Made by a program: the position numbers and the translations under genes. The notes below the pieces were generated by a model. The model made no database searches, was not told the origin of the DNA, and worked only from the letters and a program-made list of their open reading frames with translations. A stretch of DNA of 56,324 nucleotides, filler included, from Platydemus manokwari (taxonomy: Eukaryota): assembly GCA_037951405.1 (NCBI GenBank). It is 5 parts of 5 records of this genome, joined end to end, with 100 filler letters (N's around TTAATTAATTAA, not from the genome) between each part and the next. Parts side by side here need not be neighbours in the genome. Positions count along the whole stretch, not along the records: positions 31,701 to 42,339 come from JBBMOY011117552.1; positions 42,440 to 56,324 come from JBBMOY011586965.1; 3 more parts are not named here. One strand, given 5' to 3'. How positions within the stretch are numbered: the stretch's first letter is position 1; every line of letters starts with the position of its first letter. Positions 39,266 through 52,100 of the stretch are shown here, piece after piece.

Positions 39266-40560
39266 TTAGACGTGGATCATGCGTGTAGTTTGGTCATCAA
39301 AGTTCTCTGAATATAACGGTATACTCTCTATGTAAATTATGGCAAGTGGTACATTTGTTAACACCGTATTCATGAGTCTTTGAAATGTGGCTGGTGCTTC
39401 TGTAAATACAAAAGGCATCTTTACATAATCGTATAATCCCTGTTCTAGACAAAAAGCTGTTTTCTCTATGTCTTCTTCGGTGATTTTTACTTGATTATAA
39501 CCCTTGTTTAGGTCCAGTGTTGTTTTATATTTTGCTCCGTTTAACTTATCAAATATTTCCCTAATGTTTAGTAGCCGACATACATCCTGCTTTATTTCCT
39601 TATTCAACTGCATGTAATCTACGCATAATCGGACTTCTCAGTCTTTCTACGTTACTGAAACCATTTATGTTTATATGATCACGAGCTTATCCGAACACTT
39701 CCATGTGGCGTATCTGCTTTTTCGCTTTTTCTAATATCTTATATGGCATTCTTCTACTTGGTAACTTTCTCATTTGTAATTTTTATCCTTTGTTGTATAA
39801 ATTCCGTCGTCCCCAGATCATATTCATGTTTCGCTATAATATCATCATATTTACTATTATCTCTTGTAATCTTTGATTTTCTTTCTCGGTCAAGTTGTCA
39901 TCCGCTACTTTGATTTTTAGATAGTGTCTTATTTCGCCCAACACCGCGAACTGGTTACTATAAATTACTTTAGCCTTTGCACATCTTCCTAATATCATTC
40001 CTGTTCGCAGTATTTTGAAGTTGTTTCCATAGTTGGTAACTCTTAACGGGTAGTATCCGTCCTGCCATATTGCCAGAACGGAACTCATCTGAATTTCATC
40101 ATCCATCTGTCGTGATTCAAATAATTATCTTTTATTTGTAGCTTCCACCGGAATCATCAATACGCTTTCACATTTTGCCAATAACTGTACTATTTCTTGT
40201 ATTCTTATACTGGGATATTTGTTTATATGATATTTGTAAAGTCTGTAAATCCAAAACCACCCTTGTAAATTGTCTCAACAAATCCTATCAATTCAATCCT
40301 TCCGTTACCACCTTAAATACATGATCTATCTGAATGTTTCCGCATGCTATATTTACCATCACTTTCCCAGTTGTCTCAATCCTTTTACTTCCTGCTCCTA
40401 CAAGAACACCTTTATCTTTGTTAGATCGTACTCATTGAGTAATTTCTTTCTAATCATTGATGTCTCTGCCGCTGTGTCTATTAATGCTTTTTCTGACCTG
40501 TTGTTCATCAACACCGTCACTATGGGCCTATACCCTCTACCTGTTGCTGAACGTATGACA
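39266..40560 (-). mobile_element. Decayed Ty3/Gypsy protease-RT fragment
   Basis: Aspartic protease PIVTVLMNNRSEKALIDTAAETS (catalytic D at 40478), then RMPYK, RLCVDY, IFDKLNGAKYKTTLDLNKGYNQV, KTAF, YVKMPF..APATFQRLMN. YIDD has decayed to YIES; truncated after RT. Confidence 0.9.
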
Positions 40561-40801
40561 TACACATGTTTTATATCTCTGACTAACGGGTCTTACATTT
40601 CACTCATCATTTGTTTTTCCGGATAGTATTTGTTCACGTTCCTAAATGCTGGTATCGGCTGTTTGAATAGCTTCTATTTTCTTCCTCCATATTTCATTTC
40701 CCAAACATCATACCCTGATGGGCAGTTCCAAGGCATTTCTTGTTTCATCATTGGATTATAGAACCCCTGATTCCTCACTCTTTAATCATACATCCCTTTT
40801 C

Positions 40802-41575
40802 TTATTGGACTGTACATTCATGATAAGTCAATATCATATGCTTAGCTATTGGTGGACATATGCAACATAGTATTTTCCATGAACATCCTAAAATCTCTCG
40901 TAGCGTTTTCCCCGTCATTAGTGATGAGAATATCATTTTAATTATTACAACTATGCAATATATTTCAAAAAAGAAAGAAAATATCGCTCCTATTTCTTGA
41001 GATCTTCCATATAGACTATTAAATAGACTTTTCATTGCCTGATTGAAATGGTCTGCCGATAACAGGGCTTCATAATTTAATGTTTCCTCTATGCTTCCTC
41101 CTGATTACTTTCTGTCGCTGTATTGGGAACAACATATGTTTTCGTGCTTTCTCTATGTTTTCTGCTGCATAGATTCCGCTTTCGTCCATGTCCTTAATTG
41201 GTTGAAATTCTATATTCCCTGTTACTCCTAAGCTTTTTAGTACTAATATACCGCTCTTGATTTCTGATTCTCTGTTGAAACCCATCTTCCATCATCTGTC
41301 TTAAATAATGGATCCATCACGTTTGAACACTCATCTATCTTTGCGGCCTTATAATTTTCGCTCAAAATGATTCTTATTACTAGTTTATGAATACTCGCTT
41401 ATTATTGCATGTGATTGGCATCTCTTAGGTACAATATTTGTGTTTTCTTACCAATGAATTGTTTACCATTTTACACTGGAATGTATAAATGACTTATCCC
41501 ACTACTCTAGAAAATGTGCCTTTATCATAAAATATTAATGGGCTATCAATTCTGGATGCTGCCGATGCCATTGTT
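40802..41575 (-). pseudogene. Chuvirus-like viral glycoprotein (env-like), C-terminal half, disrupted
   Basis: Stitched translation: GTFSRVVG*VIYTFQCK...RKHKYCT*EMPITCNNKRVFIN.VIRII...ECSNVMDPLFKTDDGRW...ESGIYAAENIEKARKHMLFPIQRQKV...IGAIFSFFFEIYCIVVIIKMIFSSLMTGKTLREILGCSWKILCCICPPIAKHMIL. Motif order matches chuvirus G proteins as recalled; not searched. Confidence 0.72.
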
Positions 41576-41581
41576 ATACCC

Positions 41582-41931
41582 AACATTGCTATCGTTCTTG
41601 AAAGTTCCGAGAGATCGTCCGATATATATAGCCGAAATAGAACTAATTTTTAAACAAAAATAGTTTATTTATTTATTGTATCTTGATCACTAAACAATTG
41701 CATTAACCATTAGCTTTTCCAGAAGGTGTAGTCAAACTCCTGTCTTTTAAGTGTTAAAAAGTATTCTTAAATTTAATATTAAGCGTATAACTGTATTTTA
41801 ATAGCAATAAAATTGTATTTAAAAAAAATCGCTTCAATAACGAAGTTCGCAAGTTTCATAAGGTAATATCTCATGTACAATAAATTTATCACCGTCAGTA
41901 TCAAATTATTACATTTTGGTAAGGCTTGATC
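41582..41931 (+). repeat. Ribozyme-bearing dispersed repeat, copy 2 (ribozyme core deleted)
   Basis: Homologous to 34690-35078, but reads TCCGATATATATA-GCCGAAATAGAA, lacking most of stem I, CTGATGA and most of stem II. Confidence 0.88.
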
Positions 41932-42339
41932 AGTCTTCCTCAACGAATATATTTAAATCTCAACAATAATCAACCCTAAACCAACAATAATCAATCCTAA
42001 TCAACCCATAAATTAATCAATTCTAAATTCTCAAACAAGCATTAATCAATCCATTAAACAACCATCAAACCAATCGTCAAATCATCCTTATCATCAAATA
42101 ACGAAATTCCTGAACACTTCACTCAAATCATTCTCATCATCAAATAGCTAAATGCCAGAATCTACAAATCAATATCAATTCCAAAATTCCCAAATTGGTC
42201 ATCTTCAGTTTCAAGTAATTCCACAAATTCCGCATCAATAACCGAAACAATAGCATTTGATTTTTGCCGTGATTGGATTTTTAACAATATTTAATATTTA
42301 TTTTGTTATTTGTTATTCACTTACTTGCTTTTCTGAATT

Positions 42340-42439
42340 NNNNNNNNNNNNNNNNNNNNNNNNNNNNNNNNNNNNNNNNNNNNTTAATTAATTAANNNNN
42401 NNNNNNNNNNNNNNNNNNNNNNNNNNNNNNNNNNNNNNN
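42340..42439. other. Artificial contig-joining spacer
   Basis: 44 N + TTAATTAATTAA + 44 N. Confidence 0.97.
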
Positions 42440-43103
42440 TGTTAATATCTGTGGCTCATCATTAGAGTAGTGACTACAAGTATCTTATATCAACCTTATA
42501 AATGAATGTTTTGATTCTTGAAAAGTACTCACGTATCTGAATAGACTGTAATCATAATGAACAATATCTTTGAAATATTGCAGGATGTTCCTTTAATATT
42601 TGCATTGGTGAATTTCGATACATTTGAGCGAGCATTATTATCTTTAAACACTTCTCAGAACTAAAACTGTTTCCCTCTCGTATAATTGCGAACGTAGTAG
42701 TTGATTATCATTTTTAATAATAATTTTTAGCATTATTATTACAATAATAATTATTATAATCTAGATGTACGACAATAATTTATTCACAGATCATGTTAGA
42801 TTATTAGCAGTTCTTTTGTTTTTATTAACGTTTATATTGTTTTTTGCAATATCTTATAAATAACAATTGTTCATTTTTAAACATGTTTGTGACAAAAATG
42901 ACTGGTTTTGTTTGAATGCATCGAATAAATAATGATGAAACTCAATTTTAAACAAATATTTGAATATTTATTTATCACCAGCATGTTGTGTTTTGTTAAA
43001 TATTTAATAGATAATTATTAATTATATACAAATAATAATATTAATTATTATTACTAAATTAATAATTATTTATAATAAAATAATTGACCTTAATACTTTT
43101 CAG

Positions 43104-46100
43104 AGTCATCAGAGGATATTAACGGATCTCGAGGAGACATTAACTCGCACATGTAATGATCCATCCAATCAATCCTCTATCAATTCTTTATCAACTACCG
43201 ATTATTCTCATCAATTATTATTCTCTCAAATTCAAAAGTTAGCTTTATTCCAATTTTTAAAGAATATTTTTTTGATTAATAATCATGATAATTTCCATCT
43301 TAATTATTAATTAAATTATTATTATTATTATTTATTATAAATTTGAATTTTCAGCGTTAAAAATAATCTGAATCTATGTTTATTGAAAAGTGAAGATGAA
43401 ATAGATTTCCGGAATTATTTGGAACAATCTTCATCTGGATTGGTGGAAACATTGTTGGAATTGAATAATTCTCTTTCACCCTCATTGGATTCGAATCAAT
43501 TCGTCGATATTGTGAACAATTTTGAAGATGTCAGTAAAAAGCTTGTCGATTTGCAACATGAAATCCAACAACATTATTCTACACCAACAAATCAACAAAC
43601 CAAATCTGTCTTAATCGATGTCATCAAATCTCATAAAATGATCAAAGGCAAAATCGATGATTTCATTGAAGATTCCAGTTTGGAAAATATTAACACCGAT
43701 ACTTTGTTGAATATTGAAAAGTTGATGAATATTCTCGATGATAAAAATCAAAATTTCATTTCTTCCTTGGAAGAATCGTCAGAAAAATCGATGTATTCCA
43801 GTCCTGCTTTTATTGATCATGAAGCTATTATCAAAGAATGGTTGGAATGTGGTGACAAACTGTTGACTGGGTCGAACTTTGAAAAAATTGACGATTTGAT
43901 TATTAAGATACAAGAATGCAGTGAATTACTTAAATGGGATATCAATGAGAGCATTGACTTTGTATCTGATGCGTGCAATGGTTCCGGTCAAGTGGATAAT
44001 GTCAGTGATAATTATCGACAAAAACGTGAACAGATTCATGGATACTTGAATGATTTAATGACGAAGTCTATGAAATATCATGAATCCATGGTAGATGCAC
44101 ATAAATGTTATCAATGGTTAGACAATCGCCAACCTGGTAATGTTGAGAATGAAACACAACGATCCATTGAATGCCAGCAAAAGATTGATGCTATTCAACA
44201 ATCTCTAAACAATTTACAACAAGAAGCTCAAATTCAAGAAGTTCCAAAAGTAATAATAAATTTACTGGCACATTTGAATGAGGAACGAGATCGATTGGAT
44301 GGCAAATTAATATCGGTTTGTTTTAATATATGAATATTGACTACTACTTGTAATGATAATAAATAATAATAATAATAATAATAATAATATTAATTAGATT
44401 CAATTATATTAAAATATAATATATTTTTAATATTTTAGAATCCTGATCATCGCATATCGCGCCTGTCCGGAGATGGGAATCTGGTGGATCAAAATATTAA
44501 TATTAATGATGATACTTTTGAAGATTTTATGACTTTAAAACAAGAAACTGATAATCGTTCTGTAAGTGTAGACATTAGTGAGATTCCTTACAAGAAGCGT
44601 AAAACACATGAAGCCAATTTAAATAATCTACATCTGATATCCACAGAAAATCCAACCGACGATGACATTAATGATAATTGGAAAGGCTATGATGCTAGTG
44701 AATGGAATGAGAATCAAAACAATATAAGAAACATCAGTGAGATCGATGAAATAGATAAATGTCGACCTTCTTCAGTCAATGATTATTCTATCAATGAAAC
44801 TGAATCCATGTCGATTAATTCTAATGATTCCGATCATGATCATGATATCGATGATATCCATATAATGAAACAATTACCATCAGAACAATATACCGATGAT
44901 AATATTGATCAGGTTGATTTATCAAGAATCGCTGATGACGATCAATATTTTACAGCAATGGGTCAACTGGAACAAATTACACCTGATATTATCGATGGAG
45001 ATCATCTAATTAATAACGATTTAATGAGAGATAATTCCAATAATAATGCTATTGACAATCTGAATGAATATTCACTAGAGAAAGTTAGTATTGTTGAAGA
45101 TTTCATTAAAGACAGCCGATTGGAAAACAATAAAGATCAATTAAACATGAAGGATAATTTAATTTTAAAAGAAAATACTGAAAGTATATCTGGCGACAAA
45201 ATTATGTCTGAGAATAATGTGTACGTTGCAGATGGATTAAACATGGAGGATAAAAATACTGTTAAAGGAACAAGCCTATCAGATAGAGCAATGGAAATAA
45301 CAAATGATGAACAAGAAAATTTACATTCCGATGAACTTTTACAATATCAGAAAGTTCAAAATGAACAAAAAGATCTCGACTTTAATCTCGATGATTTGAA
45401 TGTGGATGTTGAAGAAAAGATCAAATCAAAAAGAAATTTGGTTGATGATATGCCTGTTGATATATCGGATGAAAGATTATTTGCGTTAGAAAATCAAAAA
45501 GAAATGATATTCGATTTATCAGCTGAACCTTGTTATAATGTTGTACCAGATGGTTTGATGAATGAGAGTGATAAGGAGGGATTATTCGTACCATTTTTTG
45601 AAATACCATCATATAAGGATGTCATTGAAATGACAAATGAATCCAAACAGTCATCAATTCATTCTATGATTATCAAACCGAAAGAGGAATTTTATTTATT
45701 TGAAATCCCTGTAAATATGATCCAAGATGTGCTTTTAAATGGTATTCCTTTGAATGATATGAAAGATGGCCAGTTTGTGGAAATGAAGCCAAAAGATGTC
45801 TTGATAGTTAATGAGATTGAACATACAGTCACTGAAGAATTTCCCGTTTATTTACTCATTAAACCAGAAGATTCGGATAATAAGATAATCGATGCATTCT
45901 TTGAAAAGAGTTATATATCGTGCCAAAGACCGATAAGCATTAAAATAGACAATGAAGAGATATGTAGTGGTACAGATCCCTGTTTATTAGTTGTTTCTCC
46001 TGGCCAAAAATTGATAATCAATGATAAACCGATTCGGCTATCAAAGAACAAATATTGTTTGGTTAATATCGAAGATCCCAGCTGTCCAGATGTTATCATT

Positions 46101-49100
46101 TGGCAAGATCCAATTCAAAAATTAATGTTTAATGGAACAAAAGTTTTACAAAATCTTCAACCGGTGGTTCATAGAACACCGGTTGAAGTTGATAATGGTT
46201 TTGACACCTTTCATATTGGTGAGGATATCAGTGAAAGGGTCATTGTTATTCCAATAGATTTTATAAATTATGTCAGATATACTGTGATGTACTTGCCTCA
46301 AGGTTCCAAAATATCAACCAACGTTTTGAATTCTGTGTTAAAAACAGACGATATGGTTTTACTGCGAGATATGGCTAATTTTACGATAGATGACAAAGAT
46401 GTTCATAATCTATGTGATAAAGAATGCATATTGTTGATCTGCAATGATAAAGTAATTGAATTGGATCATCAACTCGATCAAGACATGAAAGAAGAATTAT
46501 TCAGTGATGTTATTACTCAATCTATATCTGCTATTGAGGTTTGTTTAAATGTGTTGTCCTTGTTTCTATTTTAAATCTTTCAATCCTGATCAGGAATTGG
46601 AAAATGCTCCAAGATCAGATGTGTTACGTGATTATGATATGACTAATATCGATATGACCAACGAAGCTATCCAGAAAGCTCGAGAGACAATCGAGAAAAT
46701 CATTAATAATAATAAGGTTTCTCAAATGAAAGTTTGTGTTGACTTTAACCGTTATTTCATAGATTGATGAGAATGTTGAACACGGTGACGTTGTGGTCGA
46801 TCTCAACACTTTACAAGACTGGATCCATTCAATGAACCAAGTATTGGATTCTCTTTATCCATCAAAAAATGATAACGTTCTGGAATTGAACATGAAAAAA
46901 GATAAAATGGATCAAATAATGGTAAATATTGATCGATTGTTTTTGTTTTTGATTTTTCTTATTTTATTTGAAGTTTGAAATCGATTCAAAAACTAATGTT
47001 TTGGAATCACTGGAAGTGAAATTAGAACAACGATCGGATGATCTCGATAAAGTGATATCAGATTCTTTAAGATCACGATTTGCAAATTTAAGAACCGGTG
47101 TGAATTCAACGAAACTATTAACACATGCCACTTTAAAAGAAATTGAAAATAACTTAAGGTTTATTGATTAATTGTTATTTTTCATATCGATTCTATGATG
47201 TTTGATTTGAATTTATCATATTGAATTTATACACAGTGTCACACAACGAAAATCCCGCACAAAAATCTCCATGAATTCATTGAATATTTGTGAATGTCAT
47301 TCGTTGTATCACAATAAATCCTACTAAAATTCTATTGGCTTAGCAATTCAAATGTGAATTCTATCTTTAGAATCATGTAAAGGAATTAGTGACATTCAGA
47401 GACACCCTTAAAAATACAATTTGCGACTCATTCCATAGGGTTTGATGAAAGGGTGTGTAGAGAGGTATGTGCTCGGATTTTTGAGAAGCGAGATCTTCTT
47501 TATATTGATGACATTTGATAAATAAAATTTGAAACTCGAGGTCTTTGTAAAATGAGGGCTAGAAGAATAACTGCGTATGTAGGTATGAAGAATTCTTCAT
47601 TGGGCTTATTGTATCTTTTTCTTACAATTCATTTTTACTTGATGATGTCTTAAATTTCTGACAAAAAACTATAATCTGATATCCTATCAATGTTGTATCT
47701 TGTTTGAACTGTGATAAAGATTAGAATTTATGTGTCTTGCACTTTATTTTGATAAGCACAAGTTATAAGTGTGCCATTGGGAAATACTCATCATTTCGTT
47801 AATTCAAGACCTAATAGATTCTAGATTAAGTATTTCATTGAAACATTCAAAACTTTAAGGAGTTCAGAACATTCTTTGTTATTTTCTTTATATCAAAATA
47901 GATTTATTAGAAGAATTATGATATCCTTTAAGATTATTTAATGATATTATTATCTTGTGTCTTATTATTGTAATCATAAGGGATATCGGTATACCGTTCA
48001 CTGGTGGTGAGTGTATGTGGTTACGTTTTCAATTTAACTTGATTTTGATTAATGGCTTAAATTCAATTACTGGAAGGAAATACATAGATGTAATGAATGA
48101 ATTCATGTTACTAAATTCTACCAAAGCCAACGATAAGTGGGTTGATTAATCCGATATTAATCTGATATTAATCCGATATAACATGATTTGTTCACTGGTG
48201 GATTCGAACTCAATTCACTTACTCATTGTAATTTCATATTACCATATCCTTTATAATTCATTAAGCATTCATAATAATCAATAATTCTTTTATTTTAATA
48301 TTCACTCCTTCGAAGATTCTCGATACACTAGATGCCAAGTCTAACGATGGTGTTGAAAAAATGATCAATAATTATATTATTCAATAATATGGTCCATATA
48401 AAACTCTTTGTTTTCAGAGACAAAGGAAAGGAAAAATGGAAAAGATCAAGTATAATACCTGAAGATAAACCGGTAGATCACAGACGATCATCATTAATAT
48501 CAACAGATGTAATCATTGATAGAAAGTCCAATCAGTATCATCAAACAATGTCTAGAGTACAAATCTGATTGACTTAAACAGAATTTTTGATTGACAAAAA
48601 TCTATTTTATTACAGAAACTATCCACTGATCTAATGACATCTCAAAGCTTATTAGAAGGAATCAAGAAAGATTCGGAAACCATCAGCATAACCTGGCCAA
48701 ATGATGATCCACAACATCAGCGAATAGTTTGGAAACTTCTTTTATCTCGCTGTAAAACTAGATTGGGTCAAATTAAGAATTCATGCAACGGTTATCTTTC
48801 ACAAGTAAAATTGAATTTTCGTGTATTATTTTGTCCGGCATCAAAAACAATATACTTTGTGTGTTGAATAATGATGAAATATAATTTATTATTCTAGAGA
48901 TTATCTCCATCGTTTTTTGTGATGAACACAGACAGCCAAATAGATCCGCTGGTAAACATTAGAGAATTGATGAACAATTTGTGGAATGGAGATATTCATA
49001 ATTCCAATGAAAGAGCATATGAGTTAATGAAAACTATTGAATCCATCGCACAAAATGTGGAGAATAGGATTATCAGTAATCAACTTTCATACAACGAAAA

Positions 49101-52100
49101 TGACCTTGTGAGATTTTTGTTTTAATTTATGATTATAACGAGATTTTTTGTGAAGGCATTATTTATTTATCTTATTTGTGGTATCTAAATTTTAGATATT
49201 TCTTGACGAAATAATAACTTTAGTTTTCTATCAGTTATTATTGTTAAATTTTATATCAAGCGAAATTTATCATTTTATAATAAAGAATTATTTTTGTAAA
49301 TTATTTGATATTTTCTCTCTAATATCTCAATCAAGAATAAATCGATCAATGAAATTGTATGTATTGTGAAAATGTGGTGTTCGATATTTCATTGAGAGAT
49401 CTATTTCAAACACACATTTCTACTCATCAGTATTGGATAAGATCTGAAATTCACCATTTTATGATTCTCTCTCTTCTCAGTGGTTGACTTCAATCCTCAT
49501 CAATTCAATCATTTTGACTATCACTTATCATTTCGGTGTCATCAGAATTATTCATTACAAAATTATTTTTATCATATTTGTTTTCATGACATATTCATCA
49601 TTGTAGATCACAGCAAAAGATTGCAAATACCAGTTATCGGAAATTCTCAATGATCTATCTGAAAATCAAGATGTTTTGAAAAATCGACTCAATCCAGAAA
49701 TCTTTGAATCTTACAATTTCATTCTCAAATTATTGAAAGAGAGATTGGAAGTTCTTGATCAAACACTGTCGACAGATGTCGATACTCAAACTCCAAGAGA
49801 ATTTCATCAGAACAAGGATCCAATCGAGAAATCCATACAAACATATGTGAAAAGTGAATCGAGAAGAGTATCAATTATCGATCCGTTTGTAAATAAGATG
49901 GATGTAATTATATTTTTTATTAATATCGATTATTATTTTGGTTCTATTTTTAGAAATCTTATCATCATACAACAGAATATTGTGCCAAATTAGCAGAATT
50001 GCTTAAGAAAACCTATGATGTCCGTTCCAATGATCCCAATTATTTTGATTTGAAAAGATTGTGCGAAATGGATTCAGAAATGCATTTCATCACATTGAAT
50101 GTCAGTTCAATAGTTGTGTTGGGTGAAAACATTTTGAAAATATGATTTGTATTTTAGTTGGATGAATTAACCGTTGAATTGACAGAGATTCTGGAGAGCA
50201 ATTATCAATACGAACAATTGTTGAATAATTACAATCAATTTTTACTTACAGGATCGCATAAATTACAAGAAAAAGTGATAACCATCAAGAATTTATCAGA
50301 TATGAAGATGAGAGTTTTCCAATTTAAGGTGAGATAAATTATCCTGATTATATACTGGGTGGCTCAAAAGTAGGTTTACAGTTGTTAAAGTGTGTGTGTG
50401 TGTCAGAATGTCCTGGAGAGATTTGAAGAATATTGCAATGTTGAAGGAGGTTATTTAATATAAATTGTTTATGTTAACAAGTATAATGAGTTTCTCGCTG
50501 TTTTTGAGTCGAATTTTCAAATAAATAGTCTAAGTGATAACTGTAAACCTAATTTTGGGCCACCCGGTATTATTAAATAAAATGAAACGTGATTATCTAT
50601 AAATGCTTGTCTTATTATTATGTTATATTGGATCGGTAACTAGGTTGCTCCAGGTTTATTTTTGTAACTCCTAACTAAATGATATAACGGTTGAAATAAA
50701 CCGTTTTTATCGATTGAATTAGATGACTTATGATTGTGATGAAGATAAAACATTATTTGATAAAACTCCAGCAATAGAATTATTGTATAAACCTGTCAAT
50801 AGAAATACAAAATAATCGTGTCAATTATTGAGTACATTAGCACTACTTGTGTCATTTCATTCTATTAGATTGTCAATTTATTAACGTTGTCTTAATGTTG
50901 AGCTTAACTAAGCACCCCCATCCAATTAAACGATCTGTTTGTAAAGACCGTGAGAATATGGCAGATCATTGGAGTCTCAAATTAATCAAATTTAGTTCAT
51001 TAAAATGCTTTTATTATTTGTTTCTAAATACAAGATCTGTTGTTCTTTTGTATAAAATTGAACACGATAAATTTTGTTGATAAAGATATTTCAGATGAAC
51101 GAAATGCAAAAAAAGGTTTCTTCATTCCCTAATGTAAATTTATAGATTTCGGCTTGTGTCGGGACACTACTATTTCAAGACCATTACTATCCTTGATTAT
51201 AAAAATATTAAATCAAATCAAATATTATTACAATTCATTCGATTCTTTGGGGTTATTTATATCATGAATTTATTTCTACAACTGCTTCCTTCGAAGATTG
51301 AATTTCTGAAATTCTTTACTGTTTTTATGCGCCTGTCTTACCATTTTTACTTTTAACGTCATTCTTGATTATTATTATTATTTGCATATTTTTCTTATTT
51401 TCTCCTCTATTTTTCTTATAAAATGATTTGTAATTTTTTGATTCTTACATAGTCCTTACTAGCTTCATGACAATAATATCAACAATCTTTCTTCAGGACT
51501 TTTTCAGTAATTTTCACGTCTATCGCGAAGCTCTGGAATCATTGAGATTGAAAGTATCTAAGGAGGTTTCTGCTCGTTTGAACGATCAACATCTCGAAGT
51601 TATCAAGCGAAGTGATGTTTTGGAGAAACAAGCTCATGAAAAATTCATCGAATTATTAGTTGTCTTGTATGATTGGTTGGAATTTGACAGAAATTTCAAA
51701 GAACTGAAAAGTATTTGTGTAAGTTTAATTAAAAATAATCCTAATTTTTGATTCAGTGTACTTGGAGACAACACAATCCTTGTTAGATGATTATCGAAAA
51801 GATGAATTAAAAAGTGTATCTAAGGAATACTTGTCTGTTCTGGAATCTCTCAATGATCAATTAGTGAGTAATACATTCAAAGCTGCTTATACCCTTAACA
51901 AAGGCAAAACCATCATTAATCGCATATCAAGCACAGATCTCCATGCTGATATTGAAGAATTCTCGGAAAAATGGGACGATATTTCATCCATTGTTTCTTT
52001 GGCTTTGGATGAAGAAAAGAATGCATCAGAATTGTCAAATGAATTTGAGAAATCATCACATGAAATTGACGTTCACATCGACACGATTCATGAATTAATA

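Noticed and set aside
40270-40626. 118-aa plus-strand ORF
   Set aside because: Antisense shadow of the retroviral-type protease region.
9538-42439. Identical palindromic TTAATTAATTAA recurring four times, and gene order across it
   Set aside because: It is always centred in 44+44 N and is a six-frame stop linker added during assembly. Adjacency across spacers (e.g. TDP-43 next to MKK3/6) should not be treated as real.
49395-49550. Two CTGATGA...GAAA motifs on the minus strand
   Set aside because: Stem II cannot pair and stems I/III are absent.
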